Shown: positions 1 to 8,863, counted from the first letter of the stretch. The stretch is DNA of 43,666 nucleotides from a virus (IMGVR_UViG_3300033485_000036:1-43666), one strand, 5' to 3'. Notes: generated by a model not told the origin, from the sequence alone. Numbers and translations: made by a program.

Positions 1-127
1 CGACCACACCGACAGACTGAATGGCGCCGGCGAGAACTGCGCGGTACTTGATGGGGCGATAGACGCGGTTGGACTTGTCGGCAGGTACCGCTGCGCTCAC
101 CTTCGGGAGCCACACTGACCAACCGGA
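1..127. repeat. Terminal direct repeat copy 1 (circular assembly overlap)
   Basis: 1-127 is identical to 43540-43666; the sheath ORF reads through the junction in frame. Confidence 0.95.
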
Positions 128-1318
128 GGCGAACACTCCTTGCGACTCCGCGTTTTGCAGGCACGATCGCATGACACCAGCAAGCACGGCCGCGCCCTCA
201 TCGGTGTAGGGGAGCTTGTCATTGTTGGCGATGGCGTCAACGAGCGCTCCCTGGGTTGTCGCCTCGAACCAGTCCATGTCGCGCGTCACGTCGGCCCACT
301 GCCCGCCAAGCATCCGTCCCTCGCGAAGCAGTGAGAGAGAACCGTAGCTCGTGTACGACAGCGCCCGCTTGGCGGTGATGTACCCGAGCTCGGTCGAGCT
401 CAGTGTGTCAGTGGTGATGCCAGTCATCCGCTTACCGCTCAGCACCACTGCGCCAGGGTCGCGTGCGAAGAACATGCCGAGGATTGCCCCGCCGATGCAT
501 TCGTGGCCAGCACGGGCATGAAAGGGGACGGCCACATAGTCGGTGCTCGTGGCGCCAATCACGCTCGCCACGTCGGAACCTCCCGCCGCCTTGATGGCTG
601 AGTCTTGCGATCCAAAGAAAGCCATCTTCTTGTTGGCCGTGCACCACGCCGCCGCCGCAGTGATGGTGGCCGCTCCCTGGTCATCAGCGAGTGTCACTCC
701 GTACCACTCTGGATTCTCGGCGAGGATCGCAGCGAGGTCCGTGGCAATGCCCGGATCGGAGTGGGTCTGTGCGAGCGAAACGAGCGAGAGGCTCGCTGCG
801 ACCGGTGCGATCGCAAAGTAGGCGCCAGGCACATCAGCGACAACCGACACGTCAATCGTGTTATCGGTGGCCGTCAAGGCCGCGCCAGCCGCAAGGGCGT
901 TGATGGCTACCGTAAGTCCGGCGCAGATCTCGGCGACAGTTGCGCTCGCATCACTGGTGTAGCTCGCCACATAGTCTACACCATCGGCACCGCGAACGTC
1001 GAACGAGTAGAGGCGAGAGTTGGCGGCACCTGGGGTGATGACGACGCGATTGGTGCCAGGAAGCGCCCTACGGCCCACCCCTACCTTACTGACCGTCGGA
1101 TCCTGGGCAAACACCGCGCTCACGGCCCGATAGACCGGAGACGTCACGGCGAATCCGTCGGCCTCCACAGCAGACAACTCGGTGTAGGAGCGGTACCGCT
1201 CGACCCATGCAGGGGCGGTGAAGTACGCCGCGACCATGGGAATCCCGAAGCTCTCGACCTGGACCGATGGGCCAGAAACGGAGGTGTGGATGTCAACAAT
1301 CAAGTCCAACGATGCCAT
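1..1318 (-). CDS. Contractile tail sheath protein, DUF3383-like (5' part; continues across the origin to the stop at 43523; about 444 aa)
   Basis: Not in the ORF track. ATG at 1318 after AGGAG; reads MASLDLIVDIHTSVSGPSVQVESFGIPMV...AVFAQDP...GQWADVTRDMDWFE...KLPYTDEG...AVLAGAIQSVGVVGTVSE; directly upstream of the tube gene. Confidence 0.88.
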   Translation of the reverse strand, partial: MASLDLIVDIHTSVSGPSVQVESFGIPMVAAYFTAPAWVERYRSYTELSAVEADGFAVTSPVYRAVSAVFAQDPTVSKVGVGRRALPGTNRVVITPGAANSRLYSFDVRGADGVDYVASYTSDASATVAEICAGLTVAINALAAGAALTATDNTIDVSVVADVPGAYFAIAPVAASLSLVSLAQTHSDPGIATDLAAILAENPEWYGVTLADDQGAATITAAAAWCTANKKMAFFGSQDSAIKAAGGSDVASVIGATSTDYVAVPFHARAGHECIGGAILGMFFARDPGAVVLSGKRMTGITTDTLSSTELGYITAKRALSYTSYGSLSLLREGRMLGGQWADVTRDMDWFEATTQGALVDAIANNDKLPYTDEGAAVLAGVMRSCLQNAESQGVFASGWSVWLPKVSAAVPADKSNRVYRPIKYRAVLAGAIQSVGVV

Positions 1319-1322
1319 TGGG

Positions 1323-1868
1323 TCAATCTCCTGTTAGGCCGATAGGGCCAAAGGGCATGGGTGGGAGCCCCGTCACGGTACCCTCGCCATAGACGGTTTC
1401 GATGTAGGTTGTAGCTCGAGCTCGAGTCATCCAAAACCACGCTACGAGATTGATGGCTGCTCGATCCTGGTGTCCGGTTTCGAACAGTGTTGGAACGTGA
1501 GAAATAGATGACTCGGAGACGGAAATACCGAGCGCATCCGCCGCGGCCACAACGTCAGACTGACGCAACTCGCAGTCGGTCTGCGCCGCAAGGCCGAATG
1601 CTCCGGCCCCGTAAAACTGGACGCGAACATCTGCGCGGTACAGGCTCGACTCGGACACCTCGATCTCTGTGCCCGGGGCAGGGACTGCTGCATCTCGCAC
1701 GAGCCTTACTCCGCCATGGCGACGCAGCGTCGGGCGCTCGACCCTGGCATACACGCCCGACTGTGGCGCGGGCCCAGGGAGGTGCGAGAAGCATACGGAC
1801 GACCCCGCCAAGCCCGAAGCGGTCATCACCAGTGAGTGAAGCGCATCCTCGAACTCAGTGATCGTCAT
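1323..1868 (-). CDS. Neck/tail terminator protein
   Basis: Start MTITEFEDAL overlaps the upstream stop; lies just before the sheath; VRVQFYG motif. Confidence 0.65.
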   Translation of the reverse strand: MTITEFEDALHSLVMTASGLAGSSVCFSHLPGPAPQSGVYARVERPTLRRHGGVRLVRDAAVPAPGTEIEVSESSLYRADVRVQFYGAGAFGLAAQTDCELRQSDVVAAADALGISVSESSISHVPTLFETGHQDRAAINLVAWFWMTRARATTYIETVYGEGTVTGLPPMPFGPIGLTGD

Positions 1869-2191
1869 GGCACCACCAAGGCAGTAGACACCGAGAAGCA
1901 CCCGCTCGGCCGATAAGAGCCGGTCGACTCCACCCGGTAATTGCGCCCTCCGATCGAAAACCTATCACCAGGCTCAAGCTCGATGGCCGAATACACGTCC
2001 ACGGCACCATACGTCACGACTCCCTGCGACTCCTCGGAGCGACGGCGCTTGGCTGGCACCACCATTGCCTGTACCGACAGCACGGTTGATGTCGACGTGG
2101 GCCTACCGTCATCACCCCAGATCGCGACCTCGCGAGCCACAGAGAGAGTGGTGTCAGCCATCCCGAGAACAACGCCAGAAAGGTCGATCAC
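1865..2191 (-). CDS. Head-closure/head-tail adaptor protein
   Basis: GTG start coupled to the upstream TGA; 'LEPGDRFSIGGRNYRVES' is typical of head-closure proteins; synteny. Confidence 0.65.
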   Translation of the reverse strand: MIDLSGVVLGMADTTLSVAREVAIWGDDGRPTSTSTVLSVQAMVVPAKRRRSEESQGVVTYGAVDVYSAIELEPGDRFSIGGRNYRVESTGSYRPSGCFSVSTALVVP

Positions 2192-2646
2192 TTGCTGTCC
2201 TCCCCATCGGCAACAACCCTGTGACGCAGTGATCCAAGAAGAGATCCGGTGTCGATAAGGGGCTTGGACGAACCCTTGCGCGCAATCGTCTCTGGTGTGT
2301 TTTCTGGAGACGCCTTTCCAGCCGACACCCACGCCCGGACATCGGCCACACCGACAAGCCCGAGCTGCCCCATGAGTTGGTCCGGGTTGGCACCCTTCGC
2401 CACCCGCTCGCTGATGGCCCCGAGAGACCTGGTGTACTTTTCGGCGTTCTCTGTGAGCGGGCGCGACAACAGGCCGCGCGCCGGGATGGTGGATGTTCCG
2501 TACTCGGCCCACGTAGCCACGGCCGCTTGCTCGGCATCACCAATGACTCCGACCTCGACGCGCTGGCGGGCCAGACGTTCAAGTGCCTTCTGGATTTCGG
2601 TGAACCGGTTGACCGACTTGATGCTGCCCACGAGCCCCATGGTCAC
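2188..2646 (-). CDS. Virion morphogenesis/neck protein (HK97 gp10/Mu G-like)
   Basis: EYGTSTIPAR, PENTPETIARKGSSKPLIDTGSL motifs. Confidence 0.8.
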   Translation of the reverse strand: MTMGLVGSIKSVNRFTEIQKALERLARQRVEVGVIGDAEQAAVATWAEYGTSTIPARGLLSRPLTENAEKYTRSLGAISERVAKGANPDQLMGQLGLVGVADVRAWVSAGKASPENTPETIARKGSSKPLIDTGSLLGSLRHRVVADGEDSK

Positions 2647-3026
2647 TCCGCCATTAGGAGTGAGGCGGCGCAGAGTCGTGCGGCCGCAAGCAACGCCTGG
2701 TAGCGCAATCCGTAGGCAGTGCGCTCGTACCCACTCGCCACGGCCGCCGCAGCGGCCGCTGCCGAGTAGGTGATTGATACTGGGCCGACGGTGACCGACT
2801 GCGCCCCTGGAACCACCGGGGCAACCCCACCCCCGCCCCCACCGGAACTCGGAAGGGTCGCGATGAAGTGCGCCGCCAACCAGATCTGTGCTCGGTCGGA
2901 GTCGGCCCCGAATAGCGTTGTGTTGACGAGGGTGACCGTGACCTCAAGCCACAATTCCACCGTGGCATCTGCGGTCGACGCCATCTCTGGAACGTAGTGG
3001 CGAAACTGTGCGAGGGTAGCGGCCAT
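2643..3026 (-). CDS. Head-tail adaptor, DUF4054-like
   Basis: QFRHYVPE, WLAAH, SVTVGPVSITY and TAYGLRY motifs; follows the capsid gene. Confidence 0.8.
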   Translation of the reverse strand: MAATLAQFRHYVPEMASTADATVELWLEVTVTLVNTTLFGADSDRAQIWLAAHFIATLPSSGGGGGGVAPVVPGAQSVTVGPVSITYSAAAAAAAVASGYERTAYGLRYQALLAAARLCAASLLMAE

Positions 3027-3128
3027 GGTTGGTCTCGGGACCCGACCGGAGTCGGGCCTCCAAACCAACCCCCGTGCACCGCACGGGAGTGGGAGGCCTG
3101 GCGAGGGAGAGGCGCCAGGACTCGAGGA
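3027..3128 (-). promoter_or_regulatory. Structured intergenic RNA downstream of the capsid gene
   Basis: Hairpins CCTGGCG/CGCCAGG and CCCGTGC/GCACGGG, plus a long stem GGTTGGT...ACCAACC abutting the next ATG. Confidence 0.5.
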
Positions 3129-4163
3129 CTAGATGACGCCGGTCGCGACACAGACCGCCGCGGGGCGACGGATCACGGTCCCACCAACTCGGCACTTGGC
3201 CTGGAACTTCGTGGCGAGCTCCTGGACGTCCATGTTGATGATGCTCGGGCCCATCGAGACGAGACGGCCGAGGTTGAACGGAGCACTCTCGAAGGCGACG
3301 ATGCGCTGTGAGAGCTTGCCGCCGGTGGTGGTCACGGCAACGGGAGTGTTGTTCATGAAGTAGGTGCCGACCACTCGCACGCCAGGACGAGCCTGATTGA
3401 AGGCCTGAAGAATGGTCTGATCCGTGCCTCCGCCAGAGGTGCGCTTCATTCCTTGAATCAGGAGTCGGCGGTCCTCTCCGATGACCAGGGTGTCGGCCTT
3501 GTGCTTGCCGTCGGAGCCAGTGCTAATGGCATCGACGACCGCACAGAGGTCACGAAGGATCTGCTCACCCGTCTTGTCCGCCCATGCCGCGCTGGAACCG
3601 GTTCCGTCGGCGAGAATGGTGTAGGTTGCCTGACCCACGGCAGATGCATTGAGGATGCCCTTGGAGACGCCGTCTCCGATCATGGCCATCTGGTCCATGC
3701 GATCCTGCAAGTTCGCACTCACCGACTGCGCACCGAACGTCTCGAGAGGAACACCAAGACGCGAGGCCTGGCGAACTTCCTGATCCGTCAACTTGAACGA
3801 GTCGCGATACTGCACGATCGGAGCACTTCCAGGGTACCCAGTGAGGTCGCTCGGGGTGATGACAACACCATCGGCCGTCTGGGTCGCACCATTGCTGGCG
3901 CCGTACACCGTGTAGCTATAGCTGTCGGCTCCAGAATCCACCGACACGAGGGGGAGGATGGCGGGAGCCTCAGCGGTCAAGCGCTTGTAGCTGATGAACG
4001 CCGCCTCGACCTGGTCCAACTGGGCCGCGGTGAAGAGGTTGACGTTCGCGTCATTGAGGATGACGCCCTCGCGCGCGAGCTCGGCCGCAACGCGCTGGGC
4101 GCGCTGCGAGACGCTGTCGGTGGTGACCTTGTTGCTGTCGAGATACTTCTTGATGGACGACAT
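3129..4163 (-). CDS. Major capsid protein (DUF2184/encapsulin-like HK97 fold)
   Basis: 344 aa; GDG..KGILN, WADKTGEQILRDL and GGTVIRRPAAV motifs; follows the DUF2213 gene. Confidence 0.85.
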   Translation of the reverse strand: MSSIKKYLDSNKVTTDSVSQRAQRVAAELAREGVILNDANVNLFTAAQLDQVEAAFISYKRLTAEAPAILPLVSVDSGADSYSYTVYGASNGATQTADGVVITPSDLTGYPGSAPIVQYRDSFKLTDQEVRQASRLGVPLETFGAQSVSANLQDRMDQMAMIGDGVSKGILNASAVGQATYTILADGTGSSAAWADKTGEQILRDLCAVVDAISTGSDGKHKADTLVIGEDRRLLIQGMKRTSGGGTDQTILQAFNQARPGVRVVGTYFMNNTPVAVTTTGGKLSQRIVAFESAPFNLGRLVSMGPSIINMDVQELATKFQAKCRVGGTVIRRPAAVCVATGVI

Positions 4164-4172
4164 GATTGCTCC

Positions 4173-5270
4173 TTAGAACCCCAGCCGAGCAACTCGCTCT
4201 GCGCGCGCTGCCTCGACGGGGCTGGGGTTGGACTGCGTGACGACAGTGGTTACCGCCTCGACAGGCGCGGAATGGGTTGGCAGGGCCACAATGAGGTCAG
4301 CAACCTGCGAGGGCGAGAAGGAGTCGAGCTTGAGCCCGGGGGCACGGGTGGCCAGTACGGCACGGCGAATCGCGTCGGTTGACAGCGAGTCGGTCTTGAT
4401 GCCGTGTGTGGAGGCGAGCTCCACAACCGCGGCGCGCTCAAGAACCAGCGCGTCAAGGGCCTTGGGTGAAGTGGCGTCAACCAGCTGAGCCGCAATACGC
4501 TCACGATCCGCGGTGAGCTTGGCGACCTCGGCGCGGAGCGAGTCGATGATGGCTACGTTGGCATCGACGACAACTGCGACCTCCTGCTTCACTTCCGGCT
4601 TCGCGTCAACAACCACCTCTGGCTTCACCTTGGCGACAGGCGCAACCTCGGGCTTGATTTCGGGCTTCGATTCCATCGCAACTCCATGTGAAGGTGAGGT
4701 CGAATCCAAGAGCAACCGCGCGCCAGGGCCAGCGCGCGCAGAGTCGCAGAGGGCGACATGGTTGGCTCTGATCTGAGAAATGGTGGCGTTCACCCTGTGT
4801 GCTCTACCCTCGGGGTCCGTCCACGTAATCGGTGGGTCATGGGGAGTACGAACCGCCATGTATCCAGCGGACAACTGCACCTTCCCCGACCCGATCGCCG
4901 CGATCGCCTCCGCGTCTTGGATCAGCAGATTCGCCGCAACCCAACCCGGATCCTCGGCAGACGCATGGGCTCTAGACACCGCACCGCGCGCCAGGGCGCG
5001 AAACGACTCCGAGGTCACAACACCATCGGCCGGATGCTCAAGCGTAACAGGAGTCGCCTCGAATGACGCGAGGGACTCAGGCGCGAACACCTCGGACTCA
5101 GGACGCAGCTCGACCGACAGGCTTCCGTCCCCGAGAACGTACGTCTGTACGCCAGACCGAGCAATGCGAGCGCGACACCGCAATGCACCGGTCGAGTCAC
5201 GATGCACCTCGATCGCATTCGGCGAATCGAGGCGCGTCACAAGACGCGGAGTAAGCGGAGGAATTGCCAT
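4173..5270 (-). CDS. Prohead protease/scaffold, DUF2213
   Basis: IARSGVQTY, RPESEVF, PVTLEHP, LSAGY, NHVALC, ARAGPGARL motifs; coiled-coil scaffold C-terminus. Confidence 0.9.
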   Translation of the reverse strand: MAIPPLTPRLVTRLDSPNAIEVHRDSTGALRCRARIARSGVQTYVLGDGSLSVELRPESEVFAPESLASFEATPVTLEHPADGVVTSESFRALARGAVSRAHASAEDPGWVAANLLIQDAEAIAAIGSGKVQLSAGYMAVRTPHDPPITWTDPEGRAHRVNATISQIRANHVALCDSARAGPGARLLLDSTSPSHGVAMESKPEIKPEVAPVAKVKPEVVVDAKPEVKQEVAVVVDANVAIIDSLRAEVAKLTADRERIAAQLVDATSPKALDALVLERAAVVELASTHGIKTDSLSTDAIRRAVLATRAPGLKLDSFSPSQVADLIVALPTHSAPVEAVTTVVTQSNPSPVEAARAERVARLGF

Positions 5271-5319
5271 GGTCGGATTATGCGCCGACCATCACCGGTG
5301 TAACCGGCTCCTCCTTGTC

Positions 5320-5553
5320 CTATCCGCGCTTACTTTCCTTCGAGCACAAATAATACGCATTGATGTTGGTCGACGTCAGGAGTGGGTTCACCTCTTCCAT
5401 CTCATGACGACCCCTGCACACAACGTGGGTCCCATCATCATAAATCAGAGTCCAGTGAGGATAAGTAAATTCAACCTCAACCAGAATGGTCCTGGGCCAT
5501 GGGCGAGAAGAGCGCGGCATTCCGTCGTACAGTGGGCGCGAGAAGATCACCAT
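5320..5553 (-). CDS. Hypothetical protein
   Basis: GGAGG SD 7 nt before the ATG (MVIFSRPLYD...). Confidence 0.55.
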   Translation of the reverse strand: MVIFSRPLYDGMPRSSRPWPRTILVEVEFTYPHWTLIYDDGTHVVCRGRHEMEEVNPLLTSTNINAYYLCSKESKRG

Positions 5554-5644
5554 TTTGTTTCCTCCACACCAAGTATATTGAGGTCCACCACGCATCGCCA
5601 CCAATCCTCACCGGCGTCATGACGGACGCAAATCCGTTCCCCCA

Positions 5645-5709
5645 GATCAACGACTTACGAATCCTACTCGCAGCGACCTTGACTAAACTCAATCGATAAA
5701 CACTTGATA
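5645..5709. promoter_or_regulatory. Two opposed IHF-like sites
   Basis: GATCAACGACTTA (5645-5657, +, 1 mismatch) and TATCAAGTGTTTA (5697-5709, -, exact WATCAANNNNTTR). Confidence 0.5.
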
Positions 5710-5949
5710 TTGTTCTTGTTTTACCATTCGGGTAGGTACGGTGTCGGGTGCCCAGGGTACCATCTTCTTCTCTCTACGTACCCACCTCAGATCGTCGGTC
5801 GGTCGGTCGGTCGGTCGGTAGCCCAGCCAGTCTACACGACAGGGGCGGCCCAGAGCCGACCCGCTGAACAACGAACGAACGACATCAACGAACGCCAGCC
5901 AGCACTTAGTGGTGTGGTGAAGGTTGGAGTGGATGAGCACGACAGAGCT

Positions 5950-6113
5950 GAGATGATTCGTAGGGTGAGTGAGTCAACGGAGCTTTGGGTGTACAAACGA
6001 CGACACGGAGATGATTCGTAGGGTGGTCAGTGGTTGGTCGGGCCAATGGCCCTCCCTCCCACGGCGACGGTTGGAGCGACCGCGACGGAGCCACGGAGAT
6101 GATTTGGAGGGTG
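5950..6113 (+). repeat. Iteron-like 18-bp direct repeats
   Basis: GAGATGATTCGTAGGGTG at 5950 and 6008; variant GAGATGATTTGGAGGGTG at 6096. Confidence 0.7.
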
Positions 6114-6258
6114 ACAAAAAAAGACGCTGGGCGTCTAAGGCCAAAGCAGATGGCCCGACTCAGAATCATGTGAACCTATCCATGATGCTAGTTACGGAAT
6201 AACCCATCTCATTGGTCCAGAATGACACAGGGTAATTCGCTGTCGAGGTGTCGCAACT

Positions 6259-6344
6259 GACGACCCAGATAGCGCGACTCGAGCTTCTTCGCCCCCATGC
6301 CCAGATAGCACCCCGAGCGAGATCGTCGTTCCTAGGGCAAATGC
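6259..6344 (+). repeat. Block-conserved upstream element (second copy at 28786-28869, -)
   Basis: GACGACCCA-N24-CCCCCATGCC-N18-AGATCGTCGTTCCTAGGGCAAATGC. Confidence 0.8.
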
Positions 6345-6378
6345 GGCGGTCTGCCTGTGGCCCTGGGGGAAAAGAGGC

Positions 6379-6395
6379 CTGGCACACTTCCAGCA
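6379..6395 (+). promoter_or_regulatory. sigma54-type promoter
   Basis: CT-GG-CACACTTCCA-GC-A; ATG 6408 is 14 nt after the C. Confidence 0.75.
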
Positions 6396-6407
6396 ATACC
6401 TCGAGTC

Positions 6408-6536
6408 ATGAGGAAGATACTCCACAAGAAGGCAACTCGAGGTACGACGAAGGCGGCAAACGCAATCCGTCTCGCCCTCACGCTTCGCCGCACCGTCGGC
6501 CGCCCCCCGCTACCTCCCCCATCACCCAAAGCCTGA
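6408..6536 (+). CDS. Small basic protein (42 aa), probably leaderless
   Basis: MRKILHKKATRG...PPLPPPSPKA; directly after the -24/-12 element. Confidence 0.5.
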   Translation: MRKILHKKATRGTTKAANAIRLALTLRRTVGRPPLPPPSPKA

Positions 6537-6551
6537 CCAAAGGAAACTCAC

Positions 6552-6638
6552 ATGCTCGCACTTGGCGCAGTAGTTGTTGGACTCTCTGTACTCGCTGGTT
6601 TCTGTACCATCGTAGGCCTGGTTTTCGATTGGAGCTGA
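6552..6638 (+). CDS. Small membrane peptide (28 aa)
   Basis: AAGGA SD; MLALGAVVVGLSVLAGFCTIVGLVFDWS. Confidence 0.55.
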   Translation: MLALGAVVVGLSVLAGFCTIVGLVFDWS

Positions 6639-6639
6639 C

Positions 6640-6882
6640 ATGAAGACCCACACGGTCCAGGTCGATCATCTCTTCAACGGCGAAATCTCGTACACCTCAC
6701 AGCACAAAGTCTCGAGCATGGTAGGTCTCATTCGTATCCTCCGTGGCTTCTTGGTGGGAGACAGGCACGGTATTCGAATCTCCGTGTCCTGGGCATGCGC
6801 GGCCGACCTCGGACTTCGCGAGGCTGGCGGTTCAATCTGGGCCAGCGCCTACGAAATCGCAATCGGCAGCATCAAGGGGTAG
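6640..6882 (+). CDS. Hypothetical protein
   Basis: GGAG SD; tight packing. Confidence 0.65.
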   Translation: MKTHTVQVDHLFNGEISYTSQHKVSSMVGLIRILRGFLVGDRHGIRISVSWACAADLGLREAGGSIWASAYEIAIGSIKG

Positions 6883-6886
6883 CACA

Positions 6887-7117
6887 ATGTCCTTCACCTT
6901 CTCAGTGACCATCACTCCTCCTCAGTGCTCCACCTTGAAGTCGGAACTCGTGGCGCTCCTCGAAAGCCCAACCACCTTCACCGTGCAGGCGGAATCAGCC
7001 GATGAGGCCTGCGACCTCGCATCGCTCTCCATCCCATGGAAGCTCGACCCGCCATATTGGGACATCGAGGCCACGTGGGTTCCCGGCTCTGTACCGTGGT
7101 ACGCCAGAGGGACTTGA
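6887..7117 (+). CDS. Hypothetical protein
   Basis: AAGGGG SD; MSFTFSVTIT... Confidence 0.6.
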   Translation: MSFTFSVTITPPQCSTLKSELVALLESPTTFTVQAESADEACDLASLSIPWKLDPPYWDIEATWVPGSVPWYARGT

Positions 7118-7142
7118 CATCGCAGTCGATGTTCGATACATT
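7114..7142 (+). promoter_or_regulatory. sigma70-type promoter with a palindromic operator
   Basis: TTGACA-N17-TACATT; ACATCG-N4-CGATGT at 7117-7132. Confidence 0.75.
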
Positions 7143-7162
7143 TACTTCAGGGAGAAAACAAA

Positions 7163-7495
7163 ATGGCAAAGTACGAGGCAACAATCCACACGGAGAATCC
7201 ATTCATCATCGAAGTTGAGGCTGGGTCGGCTGCAGAGGCGGTCGAGTTCATTGACTCGGTGCACACCGGGCCGGCCGCAGTCACGATAGTCGAGCTCAAA
7301 GGCGAGGTGGTGGCCATGCTTCCGGAGTACAAGAACACCTTCCGTGAATGGACACTCGTCTCCACCCCGAGCCCAGCGTCCTACGCCGATGTCGTCAAGA
7401 TGCTCTGGACGATCGCCGACGGCGTGGGTCAGCGAGATTCGCTCGACACATTCTCTCAATTGATGCGCGTCATCAAAACTCTGGAGTCGCGATGA
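7163..7495 (+). CDS. Hypothetical early protein
   Basis: AGGGAG SD after the sigma70 promoter. Confidence 0.75.
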   Translation: MAKYEATIHTENPFIIEVEAGSAAEAVEFIDSVHTGPAAVTIVELKGEVVAMLPEYKNTFREWTLVSTPSPASYADVVKMLWTIADGVGQRDSLDTFSQLMRVIKTLESR

Positions 7496-7683
7496 ATGAG
7501 CGACCATGGCTGCTCGAGAAGCTCGATGAGCTTCGCAATGATGGGGAGCTGACGAATTATGCTCTTCACTACCACACCAGGACGTTCGCGGCCGAGCAGG
7601 AATTGGACCCCAACAAGGTGCTACATGCCGCACTGCGGTACCTGGCCCTGGGCGCGTTCGAGGTACAAAATGCTCGCAAGTGA
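7492..7683 (+). CDS. Hypothetical protein
   Basis: ATGA overlap; MNERPWLLEK... Confidence 0.65.
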   Translation: MNERPWLLEKLDELRNDGELTNYALHYHTRTFAAEQELDPNKVLHAALRYLALGAFEVQNARK

Positions 7684-7888
7684 TATGATGTATTCATGCC
7701 TGGTGTGTGGTCGCATCACCCCGCTCAGGGTTGAGCTCGATGGATGCCCACCGGCTCCAGCCTGTTGCGACGCGTGTGCACTCATCATCCTGGCGCCATG
7801 CGAGGACGAGATTCCATCACCCCCATGCCAGGACACCACCCGGGTAGAGATCGTCGTTCCTGTGGCAACCATGGAGGTCACGCAATGA
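7670..7888 (+). CDS. Small Cys-rich (Zn-binding) protein
   Basis: GAGGT SD; CLVC...CCDAC. Confidence 0.55.
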   Translation: MLASDMMYSCLVCGRITPLRVELDGCPPAPACCDACALIILAPCEDEIPSPPCQDTTRVEIVVPVATMEVTQ

Positions 7889-8385
7889 GCGCCAGCGTTG
7901 GGCAGCATAGAATGGTTGCGGCACGGAGGATTGGAGTCCTGGCCACATTGCTGCGACTGCAGCGTCGACAGGAGTTCGTTCGCTGGTATGACATCAGTGC
8001 AGCCTACGGCGGGATACCGGACAGCAGTTCTCGAGAAGTCATGATGAGGCGAGATCTCGCCGCGCTCAGTGGACTCAAGTTGGTTACTGGGTCAATTGGA
8101 TGTTGGTGGGTTGACACGGACCGCATCCATGACTTCGCGACGCACCGACAGTTCGCCCTCGATGACTACGGTCGAGAGCTCTGGGCGATGCTGGCGGCGC
8201 TTCACGGGGTGCTCGAGTTCGCTTCGCCCGATCGTATCGAGGCGATGCAGCTATCCGGATATCCGGAGTCCGGGCCGCTCGATCTGCTCGACCTCAAGGC
8301 CGCGCCTGACTGTGTGGTGGTGTATGAGGACCTGGGACTTCTCGATGGGTTCGAGGCTCCACCGGCGGCACGCGTCGTGCATTGA
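7885..8385 (+). CDS. Winged-HTH protein (N-terminus resembles PafB/PafC/HTH_11 regulators)
   Basis: GGAGG SD; 'WYDISAAY...SREVMMRRDLAALSGL...G.WWV'. Confidence 0.5.
   Translation: MSASVGQHRMVAARRIGVLATLLRLQRRQEFVRWYDISAAYGGIPDSSSREVMMRRDLAALSGLKLVTGSIGCWWVDTDRIHDFATHRQFALDDYGRELWAMLAALHGVLEFASPDRIEAMQLSGYPESGPLDLLDLKAAPDCVVVYEDLGLLDGFEAPPAARVVH
8365..8381 (+). promoter_or_regulatory. sigma54-type promoter
   Basis: GC-GG-CACGCGTCGT-GC-A; ATG 8394 at 14 nt. Confidence 0.8.
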
Positions 8386-8393
8386 GATTCGTC

Positions 8394-8600
8394 ATGGCCA
8401 AAATCTACAGCCCGACTGGTGTCGTAATAGGTTACACGGATGACGACGCGAAGCGCGAGGTACTTCAGCCGCGCTTCGAGTTGAGGTGGTGCGCCACTGA
8501 TGGCGTGGTGTCGGAGCATAGGACCCTGTCCGGGGCCGAGCGAGCTCGGGACAAGATGTTGGGCGACGGTAAGATGGTGTGGGTTTCGTGGGTGTATTGA
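8394..8600 (+). CDS. Hypothetical protein (leaderless candidate)
   Basis: MAKIYSPTG...; no SD; follows the -24/-12 element. Confidence 0.65.
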   Translation: MAKIYSPTGVVIGYTDDDAKREVLQPRFELRWCATDGVVSEHRTLSGAERARDKMLGDGKMVWVSWVY

Positions 8601-8620
8601 CCGACCGGGCGGTTCCCCGG
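8601..8620 (+). repeat. Start-associated hairpin repeat, copy 1
   Basis: CCGACCGGGCGGTTCCCCGG followed by the AAGGGAGA SD. Confidence 0.9.
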
Positions 8621-8641
8621 ATACAGCAAGGGAGAAATGAA

Positions 8642-8863
8642 TTGCAGATTTCAAAAATCAAGACTACCGAGGAGATGTGTTACAATCCCGAGGATCGTGG
8701 TGGGCGCGACGTGTGTGTCACAGAACGCATCGTGTACGAAGTGAAGTTCTGCAGCCGCGGTTTCGATGTCGCCAGTGGCACTCAGGAGATGGTGCAGTTT
8801 CAAATGACGGAGACAGTCGCAGAGGAACTGCTCAAGCACTTGAAGGGGTGGTTGGAGCGGTAG
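8642..8863 (+). CDS. Hypothetical protein
   Basis: TTG start after AAGGGAGA; LQISKIKTTEEM... Confidence 0.6.
   Translation: MQISKIKTTEEMCYNPEDRGGRDVCVTERIVYEVKFCSRGFDVASGTQEMVQFQMTETVAEELLKHLKGWLER

Noticed and set aside
1-127. Biological terminal repeat
   Set aside because: 127 bp equals a common assembler k-mer and falls mid-gene, so it is best read as a circularisation overlap
5950-6113. Mini CRISPR array
   Set aside because: Repeats are only 18 bp and non-palindromic, spacers are unequal (40 and 70 bp), and there is no cas operon; the Cas4-like gene sits with ERF as a recombination nuclease
5600-6400. Stop-codon reassignment hiding a replication gene
   Set aside because: Genes elsewhere end normally in TAA, TAG and TGA with tight packing under the standard code
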